Shown piece after piece: positions 1-10,431 of a stretch of DNA of 64,000 nucleotides. This DNA is from Acidobacteriota bacterium. GTDB lineage: Bacteria > Acidobacteriota > UBA6911 > RPQK01 > JAJDTT01. The stretch lies in assembly GCA_965263035.1 (NCBI GenBank), contig OZ253580.1:4736001-4800000 (forward strand), written 5' to 3'. Within the stretch, counting starts at the first letter, position 1, and every line of letters begins with the position of its first letter. The position numbers were made by a program, and so were the translations under genes. The notes below the pieces were generated by a model. It searched no databases, was not told the DNA's origin, and saw only the letters and a list, made by a program, of their open reading frames with translations.

Positions 1-111
1 CCCAGCATGATTCCGGACGGCGAGCACGTGCTGGCGGCGTACTACACCACGTTCAGGGATGGAAACTCCCATATCGAGCTCGCCCGTCTGCGCGTGGAAA
101 CGGGCGTCTGA
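1..111 (+). CDS. 3' end of a gene entering the window (possibly sialidase/BNR-like propeller protein)
   Basis: Frame 1 open from base 1 to TGA at 109-111: PSMIPDGEHVLAAYYTTFRDGNSHIELARLRVETGV; product guess is weak. Confidence 0.4.
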   Translation, partial: PSMIPDGEHVLAAYYTTFRDGNSHIELARLRVETGV

Positions 112-139
112 ACGGCCCATCCGGAGGCCGCGGCGTTTC

Positions 140-167
140 TTGACGAGCCTTCGCCGGAGCGTATAGT
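140..167 (+). promoter_or_regulatory. Putative sigma70-type promoter
   Basis: TTGACG-N16-TATAGT about 50 bp upstream of the CDS at 216. Confidence 0.5.
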
Positions 168-215
168 CTCGTCCCATTCAGTCGTTTTAAATTTCACCGT
201 ATCGAGACAAGACAG

Positions 216-2936
216 GTGATGATCCGCTTCCTGACAGCTGCCTGGAGCCGGTGCACGGGGATCGCCGTTGGGATTGCTGTGGCGCTGTCGCTCGGTTGGG
301 CCCCGGCGCACTTGCCGGGGCAGGCTTCGCCGCGGACGGCGCCAGGTGGTGAATTCCAGGTCCAGTTGTTCGAGGATCTGCCTGCCGACTGGCACCAGGA
401 ATGGTCGTTTCAAGGACTCAAGCCCTCCTTGAGTTGGACGACGCCCGTCTTGGGATTGAATGGTCTCCCCGGGCGGATCTCCCCGGCGGGGATGACCATG
501 CCGCGGAACCGGCCCTTCGCTCTGACGATCCAGGGCAGCCTGCACCTGCCGGGAGGCGAATATGAGTTCCGTCTCCGGAGCCGCATGCACGGCCGCTTCT
601 TTGTCGACGACCGTTTGCTCATCCAGTCCGAGCCCCCAAAACCAAAGGACCTGACCCTGGAGGAGATCGCGGCCAAGGAGGCGGCCGACAAGAAAGTCCG
701 GGACGAAGCGGCCCAGAAGGAAGCCGAGGCCCAGGCGCGGCAGGATCTGCTGCGGCAGAGGTTGGAAGATGCGCTGCTGGAGCAGAACGAAGAGACCCAG
801 AAGGCCGTTGCGGCGGATCTCGAGAAGGCGAACCGGCGCCAGAAGGGTGAGCTGTCCGATACTGAACCTCCTGCCCGGATACAGGAGTCGGCAACCCGTG
901 TGCCGCTGGAATCGGGACGTTATCGCCTGAGGATCGAGCTGACGGGCGAGCGGTTGGATCGGGAGGTTTCCATCGTCTACCGGAGGGGAGAGGAGGAGCC
1001 GCGCCTGCTGAGTCTGGGGGATCGCATCCCCTTCACCGAGAGCGGGTGGGACCAGTGGAACCAAGCCGAATCCCGGCGGAACCGGGAGCTGGAGGACGCG
1101 GTTCGGAAGCCGCGGTTGGCGAGCTGGGAGGAGTATTGGCAGCAGCGGCATCTGGAGCAGGCTCGCGCCGTTGCCGCATCCAGAAAACCAGTGGATGTCG
1201 AGCCGGCCGCCGGCATGTCCGAGTTCAACCTCATCGACCGTTTTCTCGGCGCCAGAATGGCCGCCCATGAGGTGGCGCCGGCCCCCCTAACCAACGATTA
1301 CGAGTTCGTCCGCCGGATCTATGTCGACGTCTGGGGCCTGATCCCCACCTGGGAGCAGGTCCGGGAATTCGTCAATGATTCGCAGCCCGGCAAGCGGAAC
1401 CTGCTCATCGATCGCCTTCTGGCGGACGACGGCTGGGCCGACCCCTGGGTCGGCTACTGGCAGGACCTGCTGGGAGAGAACGCCAAGCTCTACGGCGGCG
1501 TCCCGCACTCCACCGGCCCCTTCAAGGAGTGGATTCACCGGAGTTTCGTGGAGGATCGGGGATACGACCGGTTCGCCACCGAGCTTCTGCTCATGGAGGG
1601 CACTCCCGAACAGCAGGGAACGATTGGCTTTCAGCAATCCTTCGGCAGCGACGTTCCCATGGCCGAGAAGGCCCACGTGATTTCCCAGGCGTTCATGGGC
1701 GCCACCATGAAATGCGCCCGCTGCCACGACTCCCCGCTGAATCGTTACCGGCAGCGCGACCTCTTCGGGATCGCCGCCATGTTACAGGGGGAGCCGGTGG
1801 CCATACCGGAGACCAGCAGCGTCGGCGTGGTCCCGGGACGGCGCAAGCCGGCAGTTCCCATCACCAACAAGCCGGGGGACCGGATCCCCCCGTCGTTCGT
1901 CTTCGACCGCGGACGCGACCCCGCTCGGGTCGGTCCGGATGCGCGGGCTCATCGGGAAGCTCTGGCGGCATGGATGGCGTCCCAGCACCGGTTCGCCCAG
2001 GTGGGAGTCAACCGCATCTGGCAGCGGTTCATGGGCCGGGGCTTGGTCCACCCCATCGACGACTGGGACTCGCCGTCTGAAGTTTCCCATCCTGGATTGC
2101 TCGACTATCTGACCGAGGAATTCATCGGGAGTGGCTATAGTGTCCGGCATGTCCAGGAACTGATTCTCAAGTCCCACGCCTATCAGAGGCACAGGGACCA
2201 GAACCTCGCCGAATTGCGAGACGCTGCCGGCCAACCTTTTTTTGCAGCTCCAGGAGCCCGGCGAATGCGTGCTGAGGAGATCGTCGATTCGCTCCACCTG
2301 ACGGTGCGCAGGCCGTTCAAGAGCGAGCGCATCGCCTACCAGAAGGTGGACTACGGAATCCCGAAACGCACTTGGCAGATCGTCTCCCTGTCCAACGAGG
2401 AGGACGTGGCGGTCCTGGCCAAGCCGTTGTTGCAGGAGATCATCACGCTGGCCAAGGCCTTCGGTTGGCGGGACCAGCGCCCGAACCCGTTGAGTGTGCG
2501 AAATGACGATCCTCATGCCTTGCAGCCCCTGGCCCTGGCCAACGGGGATTTGATGCACCGTCTGGTCAAGCTCACCGACCGTTCGTATTACACGGAACTC
2601 TCGAGAGAAGCCGGCACGCTGGACCAATACGGAAACCGGTTGTTCCTAAACACCCTGTCGAGGCCCCCCACCGAGCGGGAAAAGAGCTGGCTCCGGAACG
2701 AGCTCGGAGCCCTCTGGAGCCGGAGACTCGTTCCCCGCGAGCTTCGGGAGGCGAGAAGGGAAGAGGCTGGAGTCGAGGCGGTGACGGTGACCGACTCCAT
2801 CGCGGCCCATCAGTACATCCTGCGGGTCCGGCAAGGGGAGCCCGCCACGACGGCCCTGACGCCGGCCTGGCGCCGGAATGCGGAGAAGGTGTTGTGGGCC
2901 GTGCTCAACTCCCCGGAGTTCATTTTCCTGCCCTAG
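216..2936 (+). CDS. Secreted DUF1549/DUF1553 (PSD1/PSCyt-type) protein with N-terminal PA14-like region
   Basis: Signal peptide; NLIDRF...DYEFVRRIYVDVWGLIPT, CARCHD, VNRIWQRFMGRGLVHPIDD, HPGLLDYL, C-terminal WAVLNSPEFIF. Confidence 0.9.
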   Translation: MMIRFLTAAWSRCTGIAVGIAVALSLGWAPAHLPGQASPRTAPGGEFQVQLFEDLPADWHQEWSFQGLKPSLSWTTPVLGLNGLPGRISPAGMTMPRNRPFALTIQGSLHLPGGEYEFRLRSRMHGRFFVDDRLLIQSEPPKPKDLTLEEIAAKEAADKKVRDEAAQKEAEAQARQDLLRQRLEDALLEQNEETQKAVAADLEKANRRQKGELSDTEPPARIQESATRVPLESGRYRLRIELTGERLDREVSIVYRRGEEEPRLLSLGDRIPFTESGWDQWNQAESRRNRELEDAVRKPRLASWEEYWQQRHLEQARAVAASRKPVDVEPAAGMSEFNLIDRFLGARMAAHEVAPAPLTNDYEFVRRIYVDVWGLIPTWEQVREFVNDSQPGKRNLLIDRLLADDGWADPWVGYWQDLLGENAKLYGGVPHSTGPFKEWIHRSFVEDRGYDRFATELLLMEGTPEQQGTIGFQQSFGSDVPMAEKAHVISQAFMGATMKCARCHDSPLNRYRQRDLFGIAAMLQGEPVAIPETSSVGVVPGRRKPAVPITNKPGDRIPPSFVFDRGRDPARVGPDARAHREALAAWMASQHRFAQVGVNRIWQRFMGRGLVHPIDDWDSPSEVSHPGLLDYLTEEFIGSGYSVRHVQELILKSHAYQRHRDQNLAELRDAAGQPFFAAPGARRMRAEEIVDSLHLTVRRPFKSERIAYQKVDYGIPKRTWQIVSLSNEEDVAVLAKPLLQEIITLAKAFGWRDQRPNPLSVRNDDPHALQPLALANGDLMHRLVKLTDRSYYTELSREAGTLDQYGNRLFLNTLSRPPTEREKSWLRNELGALWSRRLVPRELREARREEAGVEAVTVTDSIAAHQYILRVRQGEPATTALTPAWRRNAEKVLWAVLNSPEFIFLP

Positions 2937-3096
2937 GAGCCTGCGCCGCAGAAATTGATCTACTGCGAAAGTGGTAAAATCGGTCCATATTTCCCCGATT
3001 TCTCGGCGAATAGAACAACTATGCACCTCAAAATCGAGAAAATCCGGCCTCGATTCCCCACTTTCTCGCTACGATCATTTCTACCGCGCAGACTCC
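2936..3096. mobile_element. MITE family 1, copy 1 (161 bp, ~20-bp imperfect TIR GGAGYCTGCGC..., TA duplication)
   Basis: Reverse complement of the near-identical copies at 22014..22174 and 56836..56996; TA at 2934-2935 and 3097-3098. Confidence 0.9.
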
Positions 3097-3109
3097 TAGG
3101 AGAGACGTC

Positions 3110-4450
3110 ATGAAACATTCCAGGTCCCAGATGTATCGACGAGAGTTCCTCGGAACCACTGCGAGACTCGGCGCTGGCCTGGGGGCCTCCTCCGTTGCAG
3201 GAAATCTCCTCTCGGCAGCGGCGGCCGCCGCTGGAAGGACCGGAGCCGACTCCAAGACACGGCCGGGAGCGACCGCCGACACCTGCATCTTCGTCTGGCT
3301 GGCGGGGGGCACGTGTCATGTCGACACCTTCGACCCCAAACTCAAGGGGAACGGCCAGGAGATCGCGGGAAGCTACTACAACCCCATCGAGACCAGCGTG
3401 CCGGGTATCCGGGTTTGCGAGCACCTGCCCCGGGTCGCGGAGCGAATGGACCGCTTCGCCTTCGTGCGGTCGCTGAACCACCAGTTCACGGAACACACCC
3501 AGGCGGTCAACTTCGTACACACGGGCCGGGTGGCCAGCGGGACCATCGTCTACCCCTCCATCGGCTCCATCGTGTCCCACCAGCTGGGCGGATTCGATCC
3601 CAAGGCGCCGGCCTACGTGGTGGTGGGCAACCCCATGCAGCCGCGGGGACCGGGATTTCTGGGGGGCAAGTACAATTTCGTCTATCTGTCCGACACGGAG
3701 GCCGGTCCATCCGGGCTCCGGCTGCCCGACGGCGTTTCGGCTCAACAGTATGAGGAGTGGACCCGGACGCTGAAGAGCTTCTCCGAGCCCTATCTGGACA
3801 AGCACGCCGGCAGCCCCATGGTTCAGGCCTACGCTTCCGTCATGGACCGGGGCTTCGAAATGATGAGCCCGAAGTTCCAGAGCGCCTTCTCGGTGAAGGA
3901 CGAACCGGCGGAACTGCGCGAGGCCTACGGGAAGGAGTTCGGGCAGAGGCTGTTGTTGTCGCGGCGTCTGGTGGAGAACGGAATTCGATTCGTCGAGTGT
4001 TCGTTCAATCTGCACTTCATCAACGGCTATGGGTGGGACGCCCATGCCTTCGCCCAGAAGCGGGTCCACCTGTTGATCCGGCAACTCGACCAGGGCTTGT
4101 CCGCGCTGGTGGAAGATCTGGAACGGCGGCGCCTGCTGGACCGGACGTTGGTCGTAGTGGCGACGGAATTCGGGCGCCCGCCCGAATTCGACGGACAGGG
4201 TGGGAGAGGACACCAGTCCGCCGCCTACTCCGCCGTGCTGTTCGGAGGCGGGGTCCGGGGCGGACAGGCCATCGGGGCCACCGACGAACTGGGCCGGGAG
4301 ATCGTGGAGCGCCCCGTCTCCGTCCCCGACCTGCATGCCACGATCCATCGGGCATTGGGAGTCGATCCCGAAGAGCCTCTCATGACTCCCGGCGGCCGGC
4401 CGGTCCCCATCACGGATTTCGGCCAGCCGGTCGAAGAACTGTTCAGTTGA
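3110..4450 (+). CDS. DUF1501 domain protein (Tat-like signal)
   Basis: YRREFL twin-arginine motif; CIFVWLAGGTCHVDTFDPK, ATEFGRPP, DLHATIHRALGVDP. Confidence 0.92.
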   Translation: MKHSRSQMYRREFLGTTARLGAGLGASSVAGNLLSAAAAAAGRTGADSKTRPGATADTCIFVWLAGGTCHVDTFDPKLKGNGQEIAGSYYNPIETSVPGIRVCEHLPRVAERMDRFAFVRSLNHQFTEHTQAVNFVHTGRVASGTIVYPSIGSIVSHQLGGFDPKAPAYVVVGNPMQPRGPGFLGGKYNFVYLSDTEAGPSGLRLPDGVSAQQYEEWTRTLKSFSEPYLDKHAGSPMVQAYASVMDRGFEMMSPKFQSAFSVKDEPAELREAYGKEFGQRLLLSRRLVENGIRFVECSFNLHFINGYGWDAHAFAQKRVHLLIRQLDQGLSALVEDLERRRLLDRTLVVVATEFGRPPEFDGQGGRGHQSAAYSAVLFGGGVRGGQAIGATDELGREIVERPVSVPDLHATIHRALGVDPEEPLMTPGGRPVPITDFGQPVEELFS

Positions 4451-4732
4451 AAAATCAAATACAGATGCTTGGATCGGACTCGCTCCATCATGTCATATTG
4501 CGTTGCCGTCGAATTCCGGACGCCGCTTCACCTTGCCAGCAAGTTACGGGTGAGCGTATTTCTTGACGAAGTCGTCCGTGAGCGTGTTCATAATCTAGTC
4601 TAGGCTGCGCCATGGGGAGAGCGAACTTGGTTACCATCGGACAGGCATCGCCACCATGGCGTAGAGTCGTGAATCGAAGAGCGGGAAGTAATCTGACCGT
4701 ACCCGCACCCGTACCCGTACCCCGTCCCCAAG

Positions 4733-7700
4733 TCAGCTCGGTAATTTCGCAACACGTTTGGGTTTCTCGGCTACCATCCTCCAGGACTGACCGCAGAGGA
4801 TCCATTTGGTAGCAACGCGGAACGGATTTTCGATCGGCAACACCCGGTAGCAATTGTCATCGACTTTTTCGACGATGTAGAGATACCAGGACTTCTTCGT
4901 CTGCCCAGCCGCCGCTTCGAACGCTTTGCGTACTTGTGCGCGGCTCAACTCCACGACCTCGTCTTCGACCCATAGACACCCTTTGCCCTTCACCTCGATC
5001 AGCCGGACCGCCTTGGTCTCCGGGTCGACGCTGCGGATGTCCCAGCCTGCCTGATGACGGTCGCCAAGCTCCGGCTTGCGGCCGGACTCCAGCTCGTATC
5101 GCGCGGCAACTTTTCGGTACACCTCGTCTCCAAGATCTGCGCCAGAGCTTCCACCCGTTCTCGCGGTCCTGCTCGCGTCGTCATTTTCATTGCCTAGCGC
5201 AATCTCCCCCTTCAACGAATTCTTCAACTGATCTGCGAGGGCGTTCTGTCTGGCAAGGGCCCTGCTTTTCGTATAGGAGCTGTTCGTGGAACCCGACTTG
5301 TCACGTTGGGAGCTATTGGTCGTACTGGTTCGGGTACGTGCCGCCGAGGCGTTGCCAGGCGGATCCGACTTGTCACGTTTGGAGTCACCGGCACTACGCG
5401 CCTGACGAGCCGCCCCATTCCCGCCCGACGGCTTTTCCTCTTTCGGTTTGACGGCATTCGAGGTTTGGATCGGGCCATTATTCGTGACGGATGCTTCCTC
5501 ATTGTCCAATTCGCTCTGGAACATCGCCGGCAACTCGAAGTTCGGAGTGAAAGAGCGCTGGAATTTGTCCGCAGCCAATATGAAATCGGATTCGTTGCCG
5601 ATCGTTCCCAACATTCCGGTAAGATCCGCTGCGAGGTCCCCGCGCTGGACAAAGGAGAAGTGGCGCAGTAGCTCCTTGGCCGCGTCGGCTTGGAACTGGA
5701 CCGGACGGCCCGAGATGGTCAGAGTTCCCTTGTCCAATCGCGCGTTCACCGGCACCTGCTCAGGGGAAGCGCTTCCGATACTGACCTCAAGGGCAAGTTT
5801 ACGAACGCGGAACAGTCGCAATCCCGTTCCGGCTTTGGTTCCCGTCTCGTCTCTTTCCTCACGCCCTTGCCTCCGAACCCACCCGAGAAGCTCGCAGATG
5901 AGATCGAACCTGGAACCCCAGTCACTATCAACTGGCAATGTTTCACCTTCGCTCCATTCCATAGTGACGGATGAAGATAAACGCGGCAGGCTAATCGCTT
6001 TCGCTACGCGAAGCTGGTCAGATCGGGAATTACCGAGGTGCCCACTCGTGGCTGTTCGCAAGCGGTCCTGGCTGGGATAGAAACGCCTATCTTCGAGGTC
6101 GTCGTAGTAGATATCGTCGGTCTCCGCCAAGACAATCCATTCCCGATTCGAGAAAACCGCTGCCTCCGACACGGCCGTTTCCCACTGCGCGGAGAGTGAC
6201 GGGTCCTTGGTGCGGTCCTCCAGGCAGTAGCCAAACGCGGTCGGGAGGACATCGCGCACCTCGTTCGCTAAGCCATGAGGCGACAATCGTGCCCGTTTCC
6301 AGACATCCTCTATGTAATCTAACGCTTGGCGCCCCGTGGTCGTCTCCGGGAACTCATAGGGGAAATCGGGGTGTTCCAACTCCCCTCGTAGCAGTTCTTC
6401 AATATGGTCCAGTGGGACGATCCAGCCACCGAGCGCGCCCCGAAGACGACCGCCGACCCGCTGGACGATCCGATCGAGCGGAACACGGCCGTTGTGGTTC
6501 GATGGAACCGTAAGTTCCTGTAAAACCTGCTCAAAAAGAAGCCAGTCTTCGTCCGTTGTGATCTGTTCGCGGCAATCGAGAAGAAGTTGCGCAAGCTCTT
6601 CCGCATCTAGTTGGGACCCCATCGCCGAGAGTCTGCACAGAGACGTGGCTTCGGGAATCGCGGAACCGAATTCCACCCCTTCCCGCTCCATCGCGATTAC
6701 GAGATCGGATAACAGATTTGAGACGGGTGCGTCTTCTCGCGCTGGATCAGGCTGCGGAAGGACATCCTGTGGACGCCTGAGTTCCCCGTCTTTGCAGGGG
6801 ACCCACGCGAGCTTGGAGAGCTTGACCACCCAAACGCTCGGGGCCGTTCCCGGTAGTTTGTAGGGGGTGAAGTATGTGTACGAGGATTTACGCTGTCCAT
6901 TGCCCCGCAGGGCGTGGAATCCGTCCTCGAGCCAGGAGGCAACCGCCGCACGCAGTTCTTCGGGTTGGCCCGGGTCTGGAAGATTGGGCTCAATGTCGAA
7001 GTCGATCAAGGTGTAGCCGCTGTTGTTGGATTCACCGATCGAGTCAATCTCGACACCGAGGAATTCCGCGACCTGCTCGCGATTCCATCGGCTGGCATAG
7101 TCCCTTAGTTCCCTCACTTTGAGCCCACCTTTGGCGCCGGCCTTTTCAAGGAAAGCTCGCCATTCACGGGTGTCCGCGCCCTTGGGATCCTTTTCCAGGT
7201 AGGTTGCGGAGATTACTGGTGTCGCTGGAAACAAGCGCCGCCGGTCCCGGCCGTGTTCGACGTAGGGATCGGCTAGAAGCGCCTCGCCAACCGGTACTCC
7301 TATCGGATCGTTTTCCGAGGCCACGAGCACACAGGTGAGTAGATCGGCACGATTGCGGTGCTTCGCCCAGTGTCCAAACGGCGCGAGCAGCGACCAATCT
7401 GGATTCGGCGATGACGGCAGGGCGCTCATGGCATTCTCGACAACTTCTTGGAGGCCGATGCTTCGGGCGTGTTTCACGATCCAACTCCAAGCTCGAGTCA
7501 GATTTCCCTGTTGCCATTCCTTCGCTTCTTTCGATGCCCCTTGGCGGAGCGCGTTGGTCCATGTTGCCGGCAGGCGGTTCGCCTCCGGAATGAACGGCTT
7601 GATGAACTTGAGCGCTTCGGACCCGCCCGGCTCATGATCGGCGGGAAGTGACTCTCGCAGGAACAATGCGCCGTCTACGGGGAACCATTCTCTCCTCTCC

Positions 7701-9301
7701 GATCGGACGCATGGGAGGTTCGCTTGTCGCCATTCGGTTCGAGAAAACAATTCTTCAACGGCGGCCCACAGTCGGAATAGCAGCCGTGGATGTTCCTCTT
7801 TCTCGCCGGGAAGCGTTGTCCACCAAGTCTCCAAGCCACCCTGCCATACGCGTTCCAAGTCTCGGGGAGACATTTCGGCGAGAAGACCAATCCGGCGTAG
7901 TAGTTTCAAACCATAGGGTCCAAGCAATTCATTCCTGAGTACGGAGCCTTGCAGGAGAACCGAGGGCCGTAACGCTGGTTGCTCGGCGAAAGCCTCCGCA
8001 AGGGGCGCGGGCGGGACAATGGTGTCGCTAGGCTTCGTGAACTCCAACGTACAGGCTTCCATGGTCCACACGGGCAACACCGCCGCGCCTTCGAGACAGT
8101 CTCGCAGCCTGGACAGCCAGGGCTCATCGGCAAGGCTCTCTTCAAGGCTACTCGTCTCGGTTGAAGGCGGCGTCAGTGCCTTGAACGCCGCTCCAACGGC
8201 AACTGGTTCGGAGAACGTACCGGCGACCCAAATGAGGAAGCTCGCCACTACATCTGCGATTCGGAGGACGATTTCGCGCTGCCAAGCGTTGTCTTCGATT
8301 TCTCGGAGACCGCTCCGGGATATATTCAGCAGCCAGTCGGCGTTGATGTGAAGGCCAATCGGCAGGGTGACCTGTGTGGGGAGGGTCGCGTAGACACGTC
8401 CTCTGCCCTGAGGCGTCGGTATTCCGTCGTTGTCCCGCGGCAGCACGCCCAGCACACAACGCGGTCGGGCCGCTGCCTCATACACCTTCTCCCCCTCCTC
8501 CACTCCAGGCCGGATTCTCCGGTGTTCGAGAAGACAGGCAATTGCTTTGCCGGACGGCTCGAACCGCACAGGAAAGAGCTGCCAGAGCAGGTTCTCATCA
8601 TCGGAGAGGGCGGTCGTCTCCTTGCTCCCATCAGGTTCCTCGTTGATACTCAAATCCCACACGCGGTCGTTTACCTCTAGGCGCTCCAGACCGGACGCCG
8701 CCAAGATGGCAAGCGGTGTCGCGTCATCGTCGGAGAGGAAGTGAGCCAAGTCGGAAGCCAGGTCCGATCCGGTATTCGTTCGTCGGAGTGTCTCGAAACG
8801 GGTCGTGAATCCGGGGTCGGGGTCCGGGATCGCGTCGTCCCAGATCGGAATCACTGCTCCCAAGAGGTCGGGCTGAACGTCTCCATACTTCTCACCTATG
8901 ACTTGGTCGATTTTGAAGCGGAAGGTCCAGCCCCACCCGGAAATGCGCGCCTCTTGGAACCGCAAGAATATACTCTTGAAACCGATCCCCATGAAGCCGA
9001 CGGTCGTTGCGCCTTTGGTCGATCGGAATACTTTCGAGAGTCCCTGGACATCATTTTTGTCGAGCACACAGAGTCCGTCATGCTGGAAGATGAGGCCATC
9101 GCCGTCTTCCGCCACGCGAATCGCAATGGAGCGCGCACCGGCGTCCAGAGCATTCTGGACGAGTTCGAAGACGTAGGTCCAACGATGTTCGAAGGTCAGC
9201 TCGAATGCGCGCAGGGTCCCGCGACCATCCGGCGTGTCGTAGAAATCTCCGTTTTCACGCGCCAGATTCTCCACGAAGGCTCTTCGACCGGCATCGTCCA
9301 A
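4733..9301 (-). CDS. Sacsin-type GHKL ATPase fused to C-terminal DUF3883 (NO VEIN-like) PD-(D/E)xK nuclease; candidate defence protein
   Basis: ELVQNALDA, QHDG, STK..VGFMGIGFKSIF at the N-terminus; GWDIRS...LIEVKG at the C-terminus; 1522 aa. Confidence 0.85.
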   Translation of the reverse strand: MDDAGRRAFVENLARENGDFYDTPDGRGTLRAFELTFEHRWTYVFELVQNALDAGARSIAIRVAEDGDGLIFQHDGLCVLDKNDVQGLSKVFRSTKGATTVGFMGIGFKSIFLRFQEARISGWGWTFRFKIDQVIGEKYGDVQPDLLGAVIPIWDDAIPDPDPGFTTRFETLRRTNTGSDLASDLAHFLSDDDATPLAILAASGLERLEVNDRVWDLSINEEPDGSKETTALSDDENLLWQLFPVRFEPSGKAIACLLEHRRIRPGVEEGEKVYEAAARPRCVLGVLPRDNDGIPTPQGRGRVYATLPTQVTLPIGLHINADWLLNISRSGLREIEDNAWQREIVLRIADVVASFLIWVAGTFSEPVAVGAAFKALTPPSTETSSLEESLADEPWLSRLRDCLEGAAVLPVWTMEACTLEFTKPSDTIVPPAPLAEAFAEQPALRPSVLLQGSVLRNELLGPYGLKLLRRIGLLAEMSPRDLERVWQGGLETWWTTLPGEKEEHPRLLFRLWAAVEELFSRTEWRQANLPCVRSERREWFPVDGALFLRESLPADHEPGGSEALKFIKPFIPEANRLPATWTNALRQGASKEAKEWQQGNLTRAWSWIVKHARSIGLQEVVENAMSALPSSPNPDWSLLAPFGHWAKHRNRADLLTCVLVASENDPIGVPVGEALLADPYVEHGRDRRRLFPATPVISATYLEKDPKGADTREWRAFLEKAGAKGGLKVRELRDYASRWNREQVAEFLGVEIDSIGESNNSGYTLIDFDIEPNLPDPGQPEELRAAVASWLEDGFHALRGNGQRKSSYTYFTPYKLPGTAPSVWVVKLSKLAWVPCKDGELRRPQDVLPQPDPAREDAPVSNLLSDLVIAMEREGVEFGSAIPEATSLCRLSAMGSQLDAEELAQLLLDCREQITTDEDWLLFEQVLQELTVPSNHNGRVPLDRIVQRVGGRLRGALGGWIVPLDHIEELLRGELEHPDFPYEFPETTTGRQALDYIEDVWKRARLSPHGLANEVRDVLPTAFGYCLEDRTKDPSLSAQWETAVSEAAVFSNREWIVLAETDDIYYDDLEDRRFYPSQDRLRTATSGHLGNSRSDQLRVAKAISLPRLSSSVTMEWSEGETLPVDSDWGSRFDLICELLGWVRRQGREERDETGTKAGTGLRLFRVRKLALEVSIGSASPEQVPVNARLDKGTLTISGRPVQFQADAAKELLRHFSFVQRGDLAADLTGMLGTIGNESDFILAADKFQRSFTPNFELPAMFQSELDNEEASVTNNGPIQTSNAVKPKEEKPSGGNGAARQARSAGDSKRDKSDPPGNASAARTRTSTTNSSQRDKSGSTNSSYTKSRALARQNALADQLKNSLKGEIALGNENDDASRTARTGGSSGADLGDEVYRKVAARYELESGRKPELGDRHQAGWDIRSVDPETKAVRLIEVKGKGCLWVEDEVVELSRAQVRKAFEAAAGQTKKSWYLYIVEKVDDNCYRVLPIENPFRVATKWILCGQSWRMVAEKPKRVAKLPS

Positions 9302-9339
9302 TTGGCTTTCTCCCTATATGTAGGGTCCGTACTGAAAAC

Positions 9340-9594
9340 ACTCGATTGTCGAATGAACGTCCCGAACGTGGCGAGCGAAATCACCGCTGGGCGTTGCTCT
9401 TTCCACTTAAGGTGGTCACGGTCACCCGAGACGGTGAGTTCGGCGCGATGAACACGAGCCAAGGCTATCAGATAGTCGTCATGTGAGCCGCAAATCAGGG
9501 AAGAGATCACGTAAGCGTCAGGAACGATGACTGTGAATTCCTCCAACGTCTTGACGTAGAGGACGGCGGTCGATCGCTCGATCCAACGACGCAT
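9340..9594 (-). pseudogene. Truncated, degenerate PIN-domain toxin
   Basis: DDYLIALARVHRAELTVSGDRDHL resembles the PIN C-terminal DD...SGD.DLL motif; N-terminal half and normal stop are missing; boundaries approximate. Confidence 0.6.
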
Positions 9595-10248
9595 TCCCGC
9601 ACGAAGTATTCTGAGGAGAACCGCACCGCCATTCCCAGAACATCGTCAACCTGCTTTCAGCCCACCCCCGCATCTCAAGCCGCCTTGAACTGATTCCAGC
9701 CCAGCCTCTCCGAATTCGCCTTTACGACGGGCGATTTACCGCAGGCCACTGAGGGGATCGGCTGGCAGTGCATTTGGTGCGAACACGCCTAACGAAAGGT
9801 CTTCCTACGGGGAATAGACGAACGAGTCGAGCAGTGCGGCGCGCATGGACCACAGCGTTCGCTCGATTTCATCCTCGGGCTCGTCCACGTCGAACCACGG
9901 TTGCTGATACAGTTCGTCGAGCAGACGGCCATAGTTCTTCGCAACGGCAAGGTCTCGTCGACCCACCCGGGGTAAAAAATTCTTTATCGGCTTATTCGCT
10001 GCTCCGTTGATGGAGACGATTCTGTCCGGACGGGCAAGCACAAGGAGCCGAGTGGCCACGCCGATACTGAATCCGTCTTCCTTCGTGATGTCTTCAACCG
10101 CGTGTACGGCTACACCCGGGAATTCACTTGCGGAGGCATCGATGACTTTGTTTACAGCCTCTTTGATTCTTTCCCGAATCTCTTTATTTTTTTGTGTTGA
10201 TTCAAGAAATACGTGGGGATTATATACGAAAGTGCCGAAACCTGAGCA

Positions 10249-10431
10249 TTAACGCCGGTTCCGTGGCCGGTCTATCCATCTGATATTCACGGGCTGGACC
10301 AATGCACGGGCCAGCTCCTCGAAGTCTGCTTCCACGCGCATATCCTGTTCCAGTTCGGCCTTGGTCGGTTGGTAGGAATCCTTGACCAGTTCGATGGTGG
10401 GATGTTGGGGATTGTGTCTGGGTTTCTTCAT
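10249..10431 (-). CDS. Small 60-aa hypothetical protein inside the IS1595 end
   Basis: ATGA overlap with the upstream passenger ORF; ends 8 bp before the TIR; YQPTKAELEQDMRVEADFEELARALVQPV. Confidence 0.65.
   Translation of the reverse strand: MKKPRHNPQHPTIELVKDSYQPTKAELEQDMRVEADFEELARALVQPVNIRWIDRPRNRR

Noticed and set aside
42-4348. Long antisense ORFs (42..1268, 2960..4348; likewise 35659..37140, 42106..43899, 57035..58654)
   Set aside because: Shadows of well-supported genes on the other strand, expected at high GC; no recognisable motifs
4699-4722. (GYACCC)4 hexamer run as a phase-variation tract
   Set aside because: Short, imperfect and downstream of convergent genes; no plausible target
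9787-9793. GCCTAAC as an integron attC core beside the defence genes
   Set aside because: No matching partner box at a suitable distance and orientation; no integron integrase
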